DNA from: Paraphysomonas bandaiensis | Taxonomy: Eukaryota > Protista > Chrysophyceae | DNA length: 64,000 bases | Reading direction: 5' to 3' | Assembly (NCBI GenBank): GCA_965644295.1 | Contig: CBFFRP010000608.1 | Location: 35,318 to 99,317, forward strand | Shown here: piece by piece, positions 34,283 to 47,435 of the stretch | How the letters are laid out: every line of letters begins with the position of its first letter | Numbering within the stretch: the first letter of the stretch is position 1 | Made by a program: the position numbers and the translations under genes | The notes under the pieces: generated by a model | Told to the model about the DNA's origin: nothing | Seen by the model: the letters and a program-made list of their open reading frames with translations, nothing else | The model's database searches: none

Positions 34283-35914
34283 TTAGGCTGCATTGTAGCC
34301 ATTACCAGCAAACGTCGGCCACATAACCTTTCGTTTCATAAAAAAGTTGTTTATGATGTTCCACACCTATACAAATCACAATTATACTTCTCAAGCAGTA
34401 GCATGTCATCATGACCACCTACCATGCGATAACAACCTGCATCTGTAAGTGATTTGCACACTGTCATACCAGGGAATCGGTATTGTCGTTTCCTATGACT
34501 GCTGGACTTCTTCGCCGAGTCTTGCAGATTCCTTCTGAGGACATCACGCGATACAGACGATTCTAATTGAAGAAATGCCGATAACGGATCTACAAGAGAG
34601 GCGGGATCCGAACGCAAATGCTCGAAGTGGACGACAAAAGTCTTGTGGCAGGGAACACTAGACATACGACATTAAAAGTACTTCGTGAGATATATATCGA
34701 TGTGAAAGTCGCCAAAGGAAATTGAATAGAGTGAACACAATACCAATACAATACAGGACTCCTGTATTTCTAGCGTTCCCACAACAAAGAAGTAATAGCA
34801 CAACTAGACCTCACCCCCTCATAGCGGCTTCCATGTAAACCATATTCTGCTCGCTGGTGCGAACAGCTTCGTCGATGTTTTGCACAAATCGGCGGCCCAA
34901 AGCTGACACCGCGGAATCCTATCCATGAGCAGTCAACCATTATAACCAGAACATATATAGTTTCGCAACTGGTTCTGCTACACAATAGCACAAATGCAAC
35001 ACTTTGCCACCATACCGTCAAATTTCTAACAAGAATCAGGTACTTGATGTTGAAGAGGACTCCATCCAGGCTCTGAATGTTTCTAAGATCTGGGTGATTC
35101 ATAGCCCTGCCTCCAAACTTCACCAGGCCATATGGAAAGGAGTCGATGGCATCAAAAACCTGTCTGTAACCAAGAAAATATTAGTACAGATATTATAACA
35201 CATCTAGGAGGTGACTAATGTATTGTTACTTAATAATGACTATATACATTCGAAATAGAGGTTATCGTATTATTTAAAGGTGCTGAGTATATATAATCAA
35301 TATGTACTAAGGATTCTATCAGGACTAAAAGTTCTGTCACTTAATAGGGAAAGTAGAATATCACCTGCAAGGTTTGTTATTGGAATTCTTCCTTTTCTTG
35401 TATTCTGCAGCCAGTGACTGGTAAAGGGTCTCCGGTTCAAGATGAGGAAATCCTGTCAACACGATTTTGTTCCCCTGTCGAATGTTCGTGTAGTGGTCGC
35501 TGGCTTGCTGTAACATCCACAATCATGATATTAATGCCTGCCAATTGAACTTTACATACATACCCATACGCAGTCAAGAACATTGGTAAGCAATGTTTGC
35601 CATACATGATGACCAGAGCCTTCACCCCCGACAGCAAACACTAGTAGAGGAAGATCACTCTTCACCACCGGCCATCCACACTGCATATATGCTGGCACAC
35701 AGGTTTGCTCTATTGCCACATCAGCATAAATGTCTCTCAGAGCTTTAAAATATTTCGAGTAGTCACTATTGGAAGATGCCGTTGAGTCACAGTAGTCACC
35801 CAATTGCCGCCTGCTCCCATTTATCGTTCTGTTTGGGTAATCCCCCGCACTCAAGGAGATGCGCATACTGCCTATAACTAACACCAGCCATCCCACTATA
35901 TATATATGGGACAT
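34283..35914 (-). CDS. Secreted or Golgi sulfotransferase-fold protein (VGxEGSGHH family), multi-exon
   Basis: Signal anchor; LLVFAVGGEGSGHH (P-loop-like); DSFP..PDL..KYLILVR..DSAVSA.GRRF; ends WPTFAGNGYNAA*. Paralog at 63346. Function inferred from motif layout. Confidence 0.7.
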
Positions 35915-36056
35915 CACTATCAGACACAGGCACTACACTGGGATCTACTACAGGTCAATCACAACCAATCTCTCGTGGAGAGAAGTGGATTGCATCCACG
36001 TTAGTTGATGGACATCAAAGAAGCTCTGAGGTGATTAATGTTGAGATGAAGTCACG

Positions 36057-36284
36057 TACCTACCTACCTCGTACCTACCTACCTACCTACCTACCTACCT
36101 ACCTACATACATACATACATACATACATACATACATACATACATACATACATACATACATTCATACATACATACATACCTACATACATACATACATACAT
36201 ACATACATACATGCATACATACATACATACATACATACATACATACATACATACATACATACATACATACATACATACATACCT
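36057..36284. repeat. Compound (TACC)n(TACA)n microsatellite between divergent genes
   Basis: Read directly. Confidence 0.99.
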
Positions 36285-36341
36285 ATATTAAAGTGGTTCA
36301 GTTGGACTGCACTAATTCGAGGCCAATAATTGCCTGCTGAA

Positions 36342-37124
36342 ATGCCTAAGCATGGGTTTACCGAAGCGGAACTAATGGCTGCTGCATGGAGTAAGCAGCA
36401 CAAGGGTAGTGTTAGTGGTGATGGTGATGGGGGATACGATAGGAGTAAACACTATAGAGATAAGGATAGAAGATCACATAAACACCACAAGAAACACCGT
36501 CACAGGTCACGGTCACGATCAAGAGATAAGAAATCGAGGCGTTATGAGTCTCCTCGCAGAGAGGGACGTGAGCGCTGTAAGCCATCCTATAGTCCCTATA
36601 GAGGCAACCCTGCTGCTGGTCGAGAGAGCCCAACATACAGTCCATATAGAGGTAACACAGCTTCATCACCATCTCCTCTGAGAGATATTCCTGATGTGAA
36701 GCCTGCTCGATGCAGTAGAAGTCGATCGCGTTCTCGTGATAGGTTTAGAAGCTCTTACAGTCGATCTCGTAGTCGGTCGCCAAGCATCGACGAACGGGAG
36801 CTAGCGCGATTACCACCACCAGTTGATCCAATTCGCCCTGATCATGACGATCGGGATGGAAGAAGAAGGCGGCACAGGCGACGAAGCCGAAGTGCGAATA
36901 GGCGGCGGAGTCGAAGTCGAAGTATGAACAGGCGGCGTAGTCGTAGTCGCAGTCGCTCCTCTTCCCCTGGGGCGGATGCTCATTCTACCTGGACGCATGA
37001 CAAGTATATTAGAGTGGTAACAACATATAGCCCTGAACCAGACCGTAAGCCTCCTCCTGACTATAAACCTCCTAGCCCCACATGGGTCAGTCGGGCTGGT
37101 GGAGTGGCGATCATGAAAAGATAA
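36342..37124 (+). CDS. Arg/Ser-rich (RS-domain) protein
   Basis: RSRSRS tracts, duplicated YSPYRGN, a WTHDKY motif and C-terminal PTWVSRAGGV. Confidence 0.8.
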   Translation: MPKHGFTEAELMAAAWSKQHKGSVSGDGDGGYDRSKHYRDKDRRSHKHHKKHRHRSRSRSRDKKSRRYESPRREGRERCKPSYSPYRGNPAAGRESPTYSPYRGNTASSPSPLRDIPDVKPARCSRSRSRSRDRFRSSYSRSRSRSPSIDERELARLPPPVDPIRPDHDDRDGRRRRHRRRSRSANRRRSRSRSMNRRRSRSRSRSSSPGADAHSTWTHDKYIRVVTTYSPEPDRKPPPDYKPPSPTWVSRAGGVAIMKR

Positions 37125-37817
37125 AGTGTGATGTGTGAGGTAGATTAGATTCTTGAAAATAACATCCCATATGTATGTATCATATGATAGTGTGAAAGTA
37201 TGTGGTATCGTTTTGTGTTTACCAATGCTGTCTCACTGTCCCGAAAATATTACGGTCGGCGGAACTGGACATATGTAAAAAAATAATAACCTTTTAGCAT
37301 TGTTCCTACTCTTGACTTTGTCTTTTGCATTTATTGCCTATTGCTATCATGGGTTACTCGCCGTCTAAGGCAGTGTGGTTAAAACTCTATACTTTAAATT
37401 TTAAATGCAACGCTCAAAGAACACAGCATAACTAGAAATAGAATACTAATACACTAACGGCCAGTTATATTTTTTAATCGCAAATAACTGGGTGTCATTA
37501 TTCCCATTATTGATTATTGAGCCTATAGCATTTTCGGGTTGTACCTACTTTAAAATGAGGAGTTAAGCGCTTTACTCCTGAACCCCCAAAGAGGGCTCCT
37601 CTCTTCGATAATTTCTATTTACAGCAAACGCCAATACACAACATGTGTGCGAGGTCAGAATAATTCATGTTTAGAATAAATATAACATCAATGAGAAAGC
37701 GCTAAATCGTATTCATCGCAAATAGAAACTTACTGTTACTTATGTGGCAGTAGTGAATATAGTTAAAATTATACTTGGAAGGTTACTCTACATCTCATAG
37801 AACTTATAGAAAATATA

Positions 37818-39010
37818 TTATGACTCCATGTCCGCCAATACCATAAGTGCTATGGCAGATATAAACAGTACTGTTGATACTGCAATATAAAACGTTTGAT
37901 AAAACGTCGCTTTTTTCAGCTGCTTAAATATACAAACTCCTATGACTATAGTGACTAGAGGAGCACAGCTGCATATAGCAAAGGATACCGTGGATGGGAT
38001 TACTTCTGATGCCGTAAAGAAAATGTACGTTCCAGAAGCGACCATGCCACCAGCTAGTATGCCATACATCTTATCTTCAGCAGGTAAGTTCCACACACTT
38101 GACATGTAACTGGAAATACTCACTGGGGGCATCTTTGTATCAAGAACCACAATAACGCGCCCATGGTACCAAAGAATGAGAGGAATAGTCAATATTTCTC
38201 CCAGTTGAAAAAAGAACAAACAAACTGAGGCATTTCCGACTGCGTTGTGCCCGCTTCTTCCCACTACCTGCAATGGAGACCAAATACCTCCGAATATACC
38301 AGAAAGAACAGAGACATACATCCACGGGCTGACAGGCTTTCGAGAGTGTACTTTCTCCTCATCTGATGCGGATACATCTGGAACAAGAAGAGACTTTTGG
38401 ACTTCACTAGCTTCGGCACTCATAGAAGTACGAGACAATCGTGAGGAAAACTCAGAAACTGGAGTAGAAGCATAAGAGTCTGATAAGGCCATGGCGCATA
38501 TCGCCATGAATGCTAGAAATACACCAGAAAAAAGCAGAGGAATGTTGCAGTCAGATCCTTCGATGATAAAGTTTAGGATTGTCGCCTGAATCAGAGACCA
38601 CCCCATAAACACCGGTACCACCACAGCAAATGGCAAACGTGTGCATGCACAGGCTGCCAAAAAGTCGGAATTAGCACAAGCAACACCACCTGCTACTATT
38701 GCCAGCACGCGATACCACGCGCCCGGGTCTGTTAAGCCGAGAATAAACGTTCTTGCATCAAATAGGCCAGGAACGCCTCTGGCCATCCCTAGAGTGAGGG
38801 ACCACATGGTGCCGAACATAAACTGACCAGCAATATATATAACAACAAAGACAGGAGCATCAGCTTTGCACAGCATACGTATACTGGACCAGGATCCCCT
38901 ACAGACACCATCAGCACACAGATGGTGATGAATATGGTGATGAGTTACCAGCATATCATAGTGATGAACAGGATAGCTGTAGCCAGCACAGTATTCTCAG
39001 GAGAAAACAT
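37818..39010 (-). CDS. Ureide-permease-like 10-TM transporter (DMT superfamily), intron 38899-38948
   Basis: Spliced N-terminus MFSPENTVLATAILFITMICWGSWSS matches the ureide permease pattern M.CWGSW; 5+5 TM layout with a central hydrophilic loop. Confidence 0.82.
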
Positions 39011-39190
39011 AATGACACCTATAACACAGCCCACAGGCTATATACAGGTCCAATCACGACACAGGCTAACTAGTTATGATATAGTTAGTGCCTGGAGAAC
39101 TACAGACCAGAAGAACGCCCAGCCAGCTAGATGGATGCGTTCATATCCTATACGTAGCAGTATACATCAGTAGGAATTCCTATATACTGC

Positions 39191-39196
39191 TGTATG

Positions 39197-39230
<34 letters not shown>

Positions 39231-40673
39231 TGTATGTATGTATGTATGTATGTATGTATGTATGTATGTATGTATGTATGTATGTATGTATGTATGTATG
39301 TATGTATGTATGTATGTATGTATGTATGTATGTATGTATGTATGTATGTATGTATGTATGTATGTATGTATGTATGTATGTATGTATGTATGTATGTATG
39401 TATGTATGTATGTATGTATGTATGTATGTATGTATGTATGTATGTATGTATGTATGTATGTATGTATGTATGTATGTATGTATGTATGTATGTATGTATG
39501 TATGTATGTATGTATGTATGTATGTATGTATGTATGTATGTATGTATGTATGTATGTATGTATGTATGTATGTATGTATGTATGTATGTATGTATGTATG
39601 TATGTATGTATGTATGTATGTATGTATGTATGTATGTATGTATGTGTATGTATGTATGTATGTATGTATGTATGTACGTATGTATGTATGTATGTATGTA
39701 TGTATGTATGTATGTATGTATGTATGTATGTATGTATGTATGTATGTATGTATGTATGTATGTATGTATGTATGTATGTATGTATGTATGTATGTATGTA
39801 TGTATGTATGTATGTATGTATGTATGTATGTATGTATGTATGTATGTATGTATGTATGTATGTATGTATGTATGTATGTATGTATGTATGTATGTATGTA
39901 TGTATGTATGTATGTATGTATGTATGTATGTATGTATGTATGTATGTATGTATGTATGTATGTATGTATGTAGTATGTATGTATGTATGTATGTATGTAT
40001 GTATGTATGTATGTATGTATGTATGTATGTATGTATGTATGTATGTATGTATGTATGTATGTATGTATGTATGTATGTATGTATGTATGTATGCATGTAT
40101 GCATGTATGTATGTATGTATGTATGTATGTATGTATGTATGTATGTATGTATGTATGTATGTATGTATGTATGTATGTATGTATGTATGTATGTATGTAT
40201 GTATGTATGTATGTATGTATGTATGTATGTATGTATGTATGTATGTATGTATGTATGTATGTATGTATGTATGTATGTATGTATGTATGTATGTATGTAT
40301 GTATGTATGTATGTATGTATGTATGTATGTATGTATGTATGTATGTATGTATGTATGTATGTATGTATGTATGTATGTATGTATGTATGTATGTATGTAT
40401 GTATGTATGTATGTATGTATGTATGTATGTATGTATGTATGTATGTATGTATGTATGTATGTATGTATGTACGTATGTATGTATGTATGTATGTATGTAT
40501 GTATGTATGTATGTATGTATGTATGTATGTATGTATGTATGTATGTATGTATGTATGTATGTATGTATGTATGTATGTATGTATGTATGTATGTATGTAT
40601 GTATGTATGTATGTATGTATGTATGTATGTATGTATGTATGTATGTATGTATGTATGTATGTATGTATGTATG
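39191..40673. repeat. (TGTA)n microsatellite (TACA on the minus strand), ~1.48 kb, between divergent genes
   Basis: Read directly. Confidence 0.99.
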
Positions 40674-40805
40674 CATAAGGAGGGAGGTGAGTAGGTACAT
40701 CTAGACATGGACCCAATCATCCCAGTCATAGCAGTAGATCTTCTTGTTGTGTATGATCATATCGAGCATGCTACAGTTGTATGGTGTGAGATAACATGAA
40801 ATCAT

Positions 40806-42165
40806 ATGTATAGTATGATGCATCATCTCTCAGACGGAAGTCACAGGGATATCCTTCACCTCATCTGTTTGTTGTTAGATGTGACAGATGTGTGTCGTGT
40901 GCGGAGTGTCAGCAGGTCTCTGTTCCATCTGTTGAGCGACGAGAGCTTATGGCGGCTTATATTCACGTATCACATCCTTCCTATTCAGTTTCCCACTGAA
41001 CAGAAGCCTTCTATGTGTCATGGAGCCTCATTATGTGAGGCTATAGGAGCAAGTGGGTACTTCCCTGTATGTGTGCTGCTCCATAGGGCGAGATTCCCTC
41101 TACTCGGATACTTTATGTTTACCATCAAAGATAAGAGCGCTTACAGTGAAGAGGAGTGTCGTGGGGGACTTATTCGTATTTCTTTAGTCAACGATAAAGT
41201 TCTGCTACGTATTGGTGAACGAACATGCCAGTTACAGTACAATTCTATGGCCAGTCTAGCGGGGTCACAGTTGCGACAACCTTGCTTAGTAGCTGCGGAC
41301 GTTGATGTTCCGAACGAGACATTCGCCTTCATTGAGGTAAAAGAGTTTGAGTTGTTGCATTATTGGTGTACACCTGGCGGTGTTCCACTGTCAATGAAAT
41401 CCTTATGTCCCATTTTAAACTGCGATCCTTTACCACCGTCGTTGTCTAATATGTCACAATGTCTTGGACTAGTGGAAGGTCTATATGGTCCTCATGGTAC
41501 TGAAGTTATACACACACGGTATCGATTGAACTCTACTTTGCCGGGTTTCGTATTGGAGGGAGTGAAAATTACAGGAGATCCAAATGTACCGGCAGGAGAA
41601 GTGTCATTTTCTTTCATTACTGCAGAATGTGTGACACCTATGGTGGGTTTTTTACGAGGTAATATTCATAATACATCTGGCCATAAAGTTATCGGGACGG
41701 TGTATTACGTAGATTGTGAATAACAGTCTTGAAACACATTATACAACACAAGTATATCGTTGTTTCTGATATCGTCTTTGGTAGATGAAGTGGACACTGC
41801 TATTTCTTTCGTCGATCAGTTAAGTATGGTATCTGTAAGGTGTGAGGAGAGGTTACCAGCAGTTGTACATTGGTGTAAAGGTAATGGGTAAGGTTATATG
41901 CCGTGAAATGCTATACTTGGCACTGTATTTTACTTGTTACATGTGACGGTTTGGTTCTCACGTAGGGAAGTGCCTACTGAACCCCACACCCTTCCGATGG
42001 AACCCTTATATGGGACCAGCAGTCCTACTTGTATATTCCACTGACCAGAGGCTGAAAATTTCATGTGGTGTTGATGAGCAAACGCTGTTCTCTGTGATAT
42101 TTCTTTTTGATTCACGCATTACCACAGGTCATATTATAGATTTTCGAAAATACCACCCTAGTTAA
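40806..42165 (+). CDS. F-box protein with an FBXO31/EXECUTER-type C-terminal domain (introns ~41659-41785 and ~41881-41965)
   Basis: F-box-like DILHLI..LLDVTDVCRV.SVSR....SDESLWR; GLYGPHGTEVI..G.KITGDPNVPAGEVSF; spliced continuation ends ..HIIDFRKYHPS*. Confidence 0.8.
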
Positions 42166-42314
42166 ATACAAGCTATATGTATTGCTAATCGTATCTATAA
42201 AATAAGTATATATTGTGTTGATCTTACTCTTGTTGTCATCGTACGATTCTACAATGCTGTAGTGTGACGGAACGAAGATGTCGAGGTGCTATAAAGTTAT
42301 ACACTAATTTTGAG

Positions 42315-43039
42315 CAGGGCTGCGTAACAAATAATTGCAATTTAATTGTGCCAATTATTGTCTAATTAACTTAGTTACTCATTACAAGCACATATAGCAT
42401 CGTCAACCGTACTTGCATCCCACAGAATCTATTAAAGCGCAATTACATAAGTGCCTCTAATCGAAGAGGTGCCATAGATTTGCGCAGATCACTCATGTTA
42501 ATTTTTGCTCTACTGTAGTAGTGGGGTAAATATCCAGGTTTTCGACTGCAAAGAAACAGTAAAAAGCCCTGATAATCCATGTCCATACTGCAGCACATCC
42601 AGTTCGTAGTGAACTATAATCCTGCAGTGTGTGAGACAGGATCGGAAGAACATGATTGCCACACTACTTATATATATATAATATATCTAAAACTAGAAGG
42701 GTATTGAGCATTCTTCTATATATATTAGGGATCGAGCTGAACTAAGTTTTGTAGGTCAAAATCAAGAGAAAAGACACATAATCGACCGTTTAAGAAACAG
42801 TACCTCTCTTAATGTAAAAAAAACGTCATAATGAGAGACCTACCTTCCCACCATTGTAATAGCCACTAAGAGCAATAAATGGCCATCGTCCTTAATAATA
42901 TGTGCTTACACTATATAGTTAATAATTGCCAATTAATTGCAATTTAATTGCAACCTTCCAGCAAGCGATTATAATTGCAATTATTACGTATGTTCTATGC
43001 AATTAACTTGCAATTACAATTAATTGTTACGCAGCCCTG
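42315..43039. mobile_element. Non-autonomous hAT-type element (725 bp) with 8-bp TSD ATTTTGAG
   Basis: TIRs CAGGGCTGCGTAACAA..TTGTTACGCAGCCCTG; perfect TSD at 42307-42314 and 43040-43047; subterminal AATTGCAATT repeats. Confidence 0.95.
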
Positions 43040-43268
43040 ATTTTGAGACACTTGTGATAATTTTATTATTCAGATAGAAATCCCTAGAAGAGGTGGATTT
43101 TAAAGTATTTGAATTATGACCCTTACTTGAAGAATACATATTTGAAAACAGTATCACATGATACGTGAGTTTATATGAATTACATTTTAGGAAAACTGAA
43201 ACTTTTAGGTCGTATAAGATCGTGACTATCTATGACTTGATGATATCGGTTGGTAGTAGTGAAGATAT

Positions 43269-44056
43269 TAGGGTTGAAGAAGAATTAGTTGTCAATTAAT
43301 TGGTGCAGATTGTTGTAAATTGTAATTGTCATTATTATTTGCTGTCCCATTATTATTGTAATTAATTGATTCTATACGCCGAGCTCTACAGTAGCTATAC
43401 TATACTTAACTTTCTTTTCATCCCCGAGGCGACTATATATGCGTACTGAGTAATCTTTCAACCGTTTGGTTAAGGTAAGCAAGTACTGCATGCCGAGGTT
43501 CTACCGCCTCTTACCATCGTTAAACTAGACCCTCACTGTCATTGTCATCTTCTTCCTCATTGAGCAAAAATATTCTTTTTCCTCCACCTTGTATCATCAC
43601 GACTGCTTTTTCAAAGCACCATTGCCGGCCCAGATTTTGATGAGATCGTCAAAAATATTTACTAACATCGTGGAGATGTTCACCTGCCTTATGTAATTCT
43701 ATTGACACACATTGAAAGATTTCCTAATTTCACTTTGAATTAGACTGAACACAGAACACAACAGAACCAAACCCGCATGATCGCAAGTGGTCAGATAAAG
43801 CAAATAGTGCTCAATCATATCTAATATGTGGAACCCCACCTGATATCTGGTTTGATTACTGCACATATGAGGTCTTTCTTACAGAGCTTACTAGCATTCT
43901 CTTGTCTTTTGAGCTCGCAATTGGCGACACATATCAATCAACTTATCCACCATTAAAAATGAAGTTTAGATTATATATTATAGTTATTAGCTGCCCTGAT
44001 TTCAATAATAGACAATTAATTGCAATTGAAAGTCAATTAATTGTTACACGGCCCTG
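43269..44056 (-). mobile_element. Older internally deleted hAT element with a transposase remnant
   Basis: Degenerate TIRs TAGGGTTG../..TTGTTACACGGCCCTG; TSD GAAGATAT/GAAGGTAT (7 of 8 match); minus-strand IRWGSTY..MI near 43810-43845 resembles the hAT TRWNSTxxML motif. Confidence 0.75.
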
Positions 44057-44604
44057 GAAGGTATATATCTAGTACATGATGGTATAGTTATATTTAATAA
44101 ATGCCAATTTCGGATGACGTCGTCTAATAGTGCGTGGAAAAGTTTAAAACGTATTCCATATTTTATAGCTTTGGTTGGTCTACCGCAATCTCCATGACAA
44201 GAGAAGGTACATTAAATACTGTATATTATTTATTACTAATTAACATATGATATATATAGTATAATGTGGCGAAGTCAAATCACCTCATCATAATCCTATA
44301 TAAATATAAAACTCAATACAAGTAAGAAATAAAAGCACGCAACAATAATCTAAGTGTAATAACCAAGGACAAATGAAAGCGGGGTTCAATAATCAGATTG
44401 AAGCTGAAGGTAATTGAGAGGCCAAAGTAAATATCGTTTGGTATGTAACATAAACGTCATATACACAACCTACAGGAAGTGACAGACCAGAGGAGACATA
44501 GTTCGTATGCCCGTTAACAGTACACCTTAAAAGAATAGTAGTACAAAGTAATCAAGAGGTAGCGTGAGGAAATCAAATTAACGATATATATTCGTGTAAC
44601 ATTC

Positions 44605-45639
44605 CTAGAATGTTTGGCACTTGGTAATAGTAGGCGAAGATGTAGAAGCAGTCCTCTCGATATCCAGGCCCACATGGATTTTCCCGTAGTTTCGCGGACG
44701 TACTAGTCTGGAAACGAAAGAGATAGCTCTTCCTAAACGCCTTCTAAGCAAACACTTGCATTCGTATTTGCACTTAGAACACTGCATTTTTTTGAGAGGA
44801 AGAGTGCAAGCAGTTTGAGTGCTGCCCTGTATCACCGCGATACTTCTTGGTGATGGTGGTGTATTTCCAGTAATCTGATTAGGTGTGGATGCCGCAGCAT
44901 TATCGTCTAATCGAAACACATCCCCATTTTCACACCCCAAATTGTAAATTCGCCCCAAATGCGAACGGTTCTCCTCGACAATACTACCTTGAAAGGACTT
45001 GACAAGAAGCTGTAGATCCAAATCTTCGTGCAAAGAGATATACATAATTTCCTGGATAGTATTATACATAGTCGTATACTCTTCGCGTGTGATCATCACG
45101 GAAAAATCCAGAATCTCCAATACTTTGCACTCCATTTGGTTTAAGCGACACAGAGATGTGTTAGCAACTATGCCCGCAAAATCCGCATTTAGCATAGAAA
45201 AGTCATCCCATATCTTACTGGCAAGCATCATACAGGTGATGAGAGTATACCGCCAATTCAAAGCACATATTCGAAACGAATTATTAGTAATCTTCGACAG
45301 TCTCTCGATATAAATGAGAGCTACTATCAAGCACTCACTCTCCATGTCGCTCTGGCGGTGTATGAGTGTGAACATATACTCAACCGCTTCAATGGAAAAA
45401 CTCTGCATGTGATTGTTATAAGCGACATGATGGGCATGATGACGTACATGAGGGTGTATGGCCTCTGCTGTACAGCCTCTGGAGAGGATATCATACTCTC
45501 TGGGGGGGATATAGTGGGCCTCCTCTGATCTCTCGATAGATGAGACCACACACGCACAGATACACCTCACCACATCCATCTTACTGCAGCTGGTATCATC
45601 TGAAGTCATTGGAGGCTGTATCTCTTGAGGTACAGACAA
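44605..45639 (-). CDS. Cyclin Y / PHO80-class cyclin (5' end uncertain)
   Basis: ESECLIVALIYIERL..NWR..MMLASKIWDDFSMLNADF..LNQME..L..LDF. Confidence 0.88.
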   Translation of the reverse strand: MSVPQEIQPPMTSDDTSCSKMDVVRCICACVVSSIERSEEAHYIPPREYDILSRGCTAEAIHPHVRHHAHHVAYNNHMQSFSIEAVEYMFTLIHRQSDMESECLIVALIYIERLSKITNNSFRICALNWRYTLITCMMLASKIWDDFSMLNADFAGIVANTSLCRLNQMECKVLEILDFSVMITREEYTTMYNTIQEIMYISLHEDLDLQLLVKSFQGSIVEENRSHLGRIYNLGCENGDVFRLDDNAAASTPNQITGNTPPSPRSIAVIQGSTQTACTLPLKKMQCSKCKYECKCLLRRRLGRAISFVSRLVRPRNYGKIHVGLDIERTASTSSPTITKCQTF

Positions 45640-46069
45640 GTGTTGGGTGTTCTATGCAGAGACATGGACATATATATACGCTCTACACACGCATGCAGCT
45701 TCTAGTCGGGGGTTGCAGTGAGGTCTCGACTACGTATACAGTATCACTACACGCTTCCAGTGCAGTTGAGTACGTTCCAGATCAGGGATGAAGTAGAAGT
45801 TGAAGTCACATCAAGAATCACACTGTACCTCAACACTGTATTACCACTGTATTACTAAAGTAAAGTGTTGTGTTGGGACATGCATACACGGTAATGTCCA
45901 TACATATACCATATACCGATATAGTCCCATCCCACCCTATCTGTTAAGTACATAAACCAAAATCAATACTCTTTTAAGATTCATCTACATATATGAGCTG
46001 CGATCGTTGAGAATTTTAGTTGGTTAGGTCATCAGATTCACTGCCTGTTTCCCGGGTTGGGATCATAGA

Positions 46070-46365
46070 GAGATAGATACATGTACCTGCTGCTGGTGAG
46101 TACATATATTGATAGCATTGGTTGGTATACTGTACTGTACAACCATCTATACAGCAGTGTAGTATCTGCATATATATGTCGGGAGGACAGCACATCCACG
46201 CATATATGTGTCCGTCTGTATCCACGTGTGTATGCGTGTGTGTATATGTACTGTATGTATGTGTATACCGGTATTGCAGCGTACATGGATACCTATGTAT
46301 GCAGTGGTATTGGTATTGCTGTGTATACATACTGTAGCATACACTATTCGGGTATCTGTATATAT
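46070..46365. promoter_or_regulatory. Degenerate GTAT/TACA-rich tract between the divergent cyclin and 46457 genes
   Basis: Composition and position only. Confidence 0.45.
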
Positions 46366-46456
46366 AACCTCTAGAGAATATCACTGTAGAATTCTATCTT
46401 CGATAATCCACACAAAGAATCCGAGCAATATACTGCACCCCCTCTAAGACACTACA

Positions 46457-46867
46457 ATGTTTATCACAAGAAGCATCGGTCTGTCCTCGACCCGCGCAGT
46501 GCAGCGCCTATCAGCTCAACGATCTCTCAGTGTGCTTGCTGAGGGCGTCGAGTTCGATACCATCGCAAGAGAATGGCGCTGTAAGTGGTCACCTTCTGAT
46601 GAAAAAGCAAGCCTGGTCAATGTTCAGAAATTGTTGTCCTCGTGTGTGGGAGATATCCAGCAGGTAGGCGAGGGCGTGAAGGTTCAGAGGGTCGTGTGCG
46701 GCACATGCCATGACTTCAAGGTTATTATTAGCCTTCCCACGAAGGAGTTCAAGGCTTGGGGCGAAAAGAACTTCGAGCCGGAGGCAACTTTTCTAGCTAA
46801 GGCTGGGGAAATTCCGGGAATAACCTGTATTGAAACTCAGACATACACTTTGATGAAGGTCATCTAA
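46457..46867 (+). CDS. Small protein of unknown function (FDTIAREWRCKWS / RVVCGxCHDFKV) with a probable mitochondrial presequence
   Basis: ATG ORF of 136 aa with an Arg/Ser-rich leader; motifs recalled from conserved algal hypothetical proteins, not verified. Confidence 0.8.
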   Translation: MFITRSIGLSSTRAVQRLSAQRSLSVLAEGVEFDTIAREWRCKWSPSDEKASLVNVQKLLSSCVGDIQQVGEGVKVQRVVCGTCHDFKVIISLPTKEFKAWGEKNFEPEATFLAKAGEIPGITCIETQTYTLMKVI

Positions 46868-47435
46868 TTGGAAAGCGACTTGATTGTGATGCCTGATATG
46901 AAAGTTGGCACCATTTCAATCACCGCTTGTACGTCCTTATGATTGATTGCAATTTTCGAATTTGTTGAGTAATTAAAAGGTATATAAAGGTACACATGGC
47001 TTCACCAGTAGGTGCAACACTCTTCTTTTTTGTCATAGCACATACGTAGGATATATACAAGAAAACATCTTTATTCTTCCTTTGTGTGATTGTAGCATAA
47101 TATAACAGCGCGAGATACCAGATCCACAAGAGCTCTATTGATTGGATTCAGAGTGATGATGTGACGTACTGAGTAGAATTTGTGAATAGTAATCACGGTT
47201 ATAAAATAAGCAACATGGTACAGCGGTATGAGACAATATACAGACAAACCCAAACAATATACAGGAAAGTTTCAGTTGTAAAAGTCATAGATAATATTGC
47301 AATATATTGTTCCCTAGATCTTAGATTTCTACACCTTATTAAACAATGATAGTACAAGTTGTACTGCAAGTATACGAAAAGATTATGGCTTCATAATATT
47401 AAGATAATAACTCAAATGAATTGAACACGCAACTG

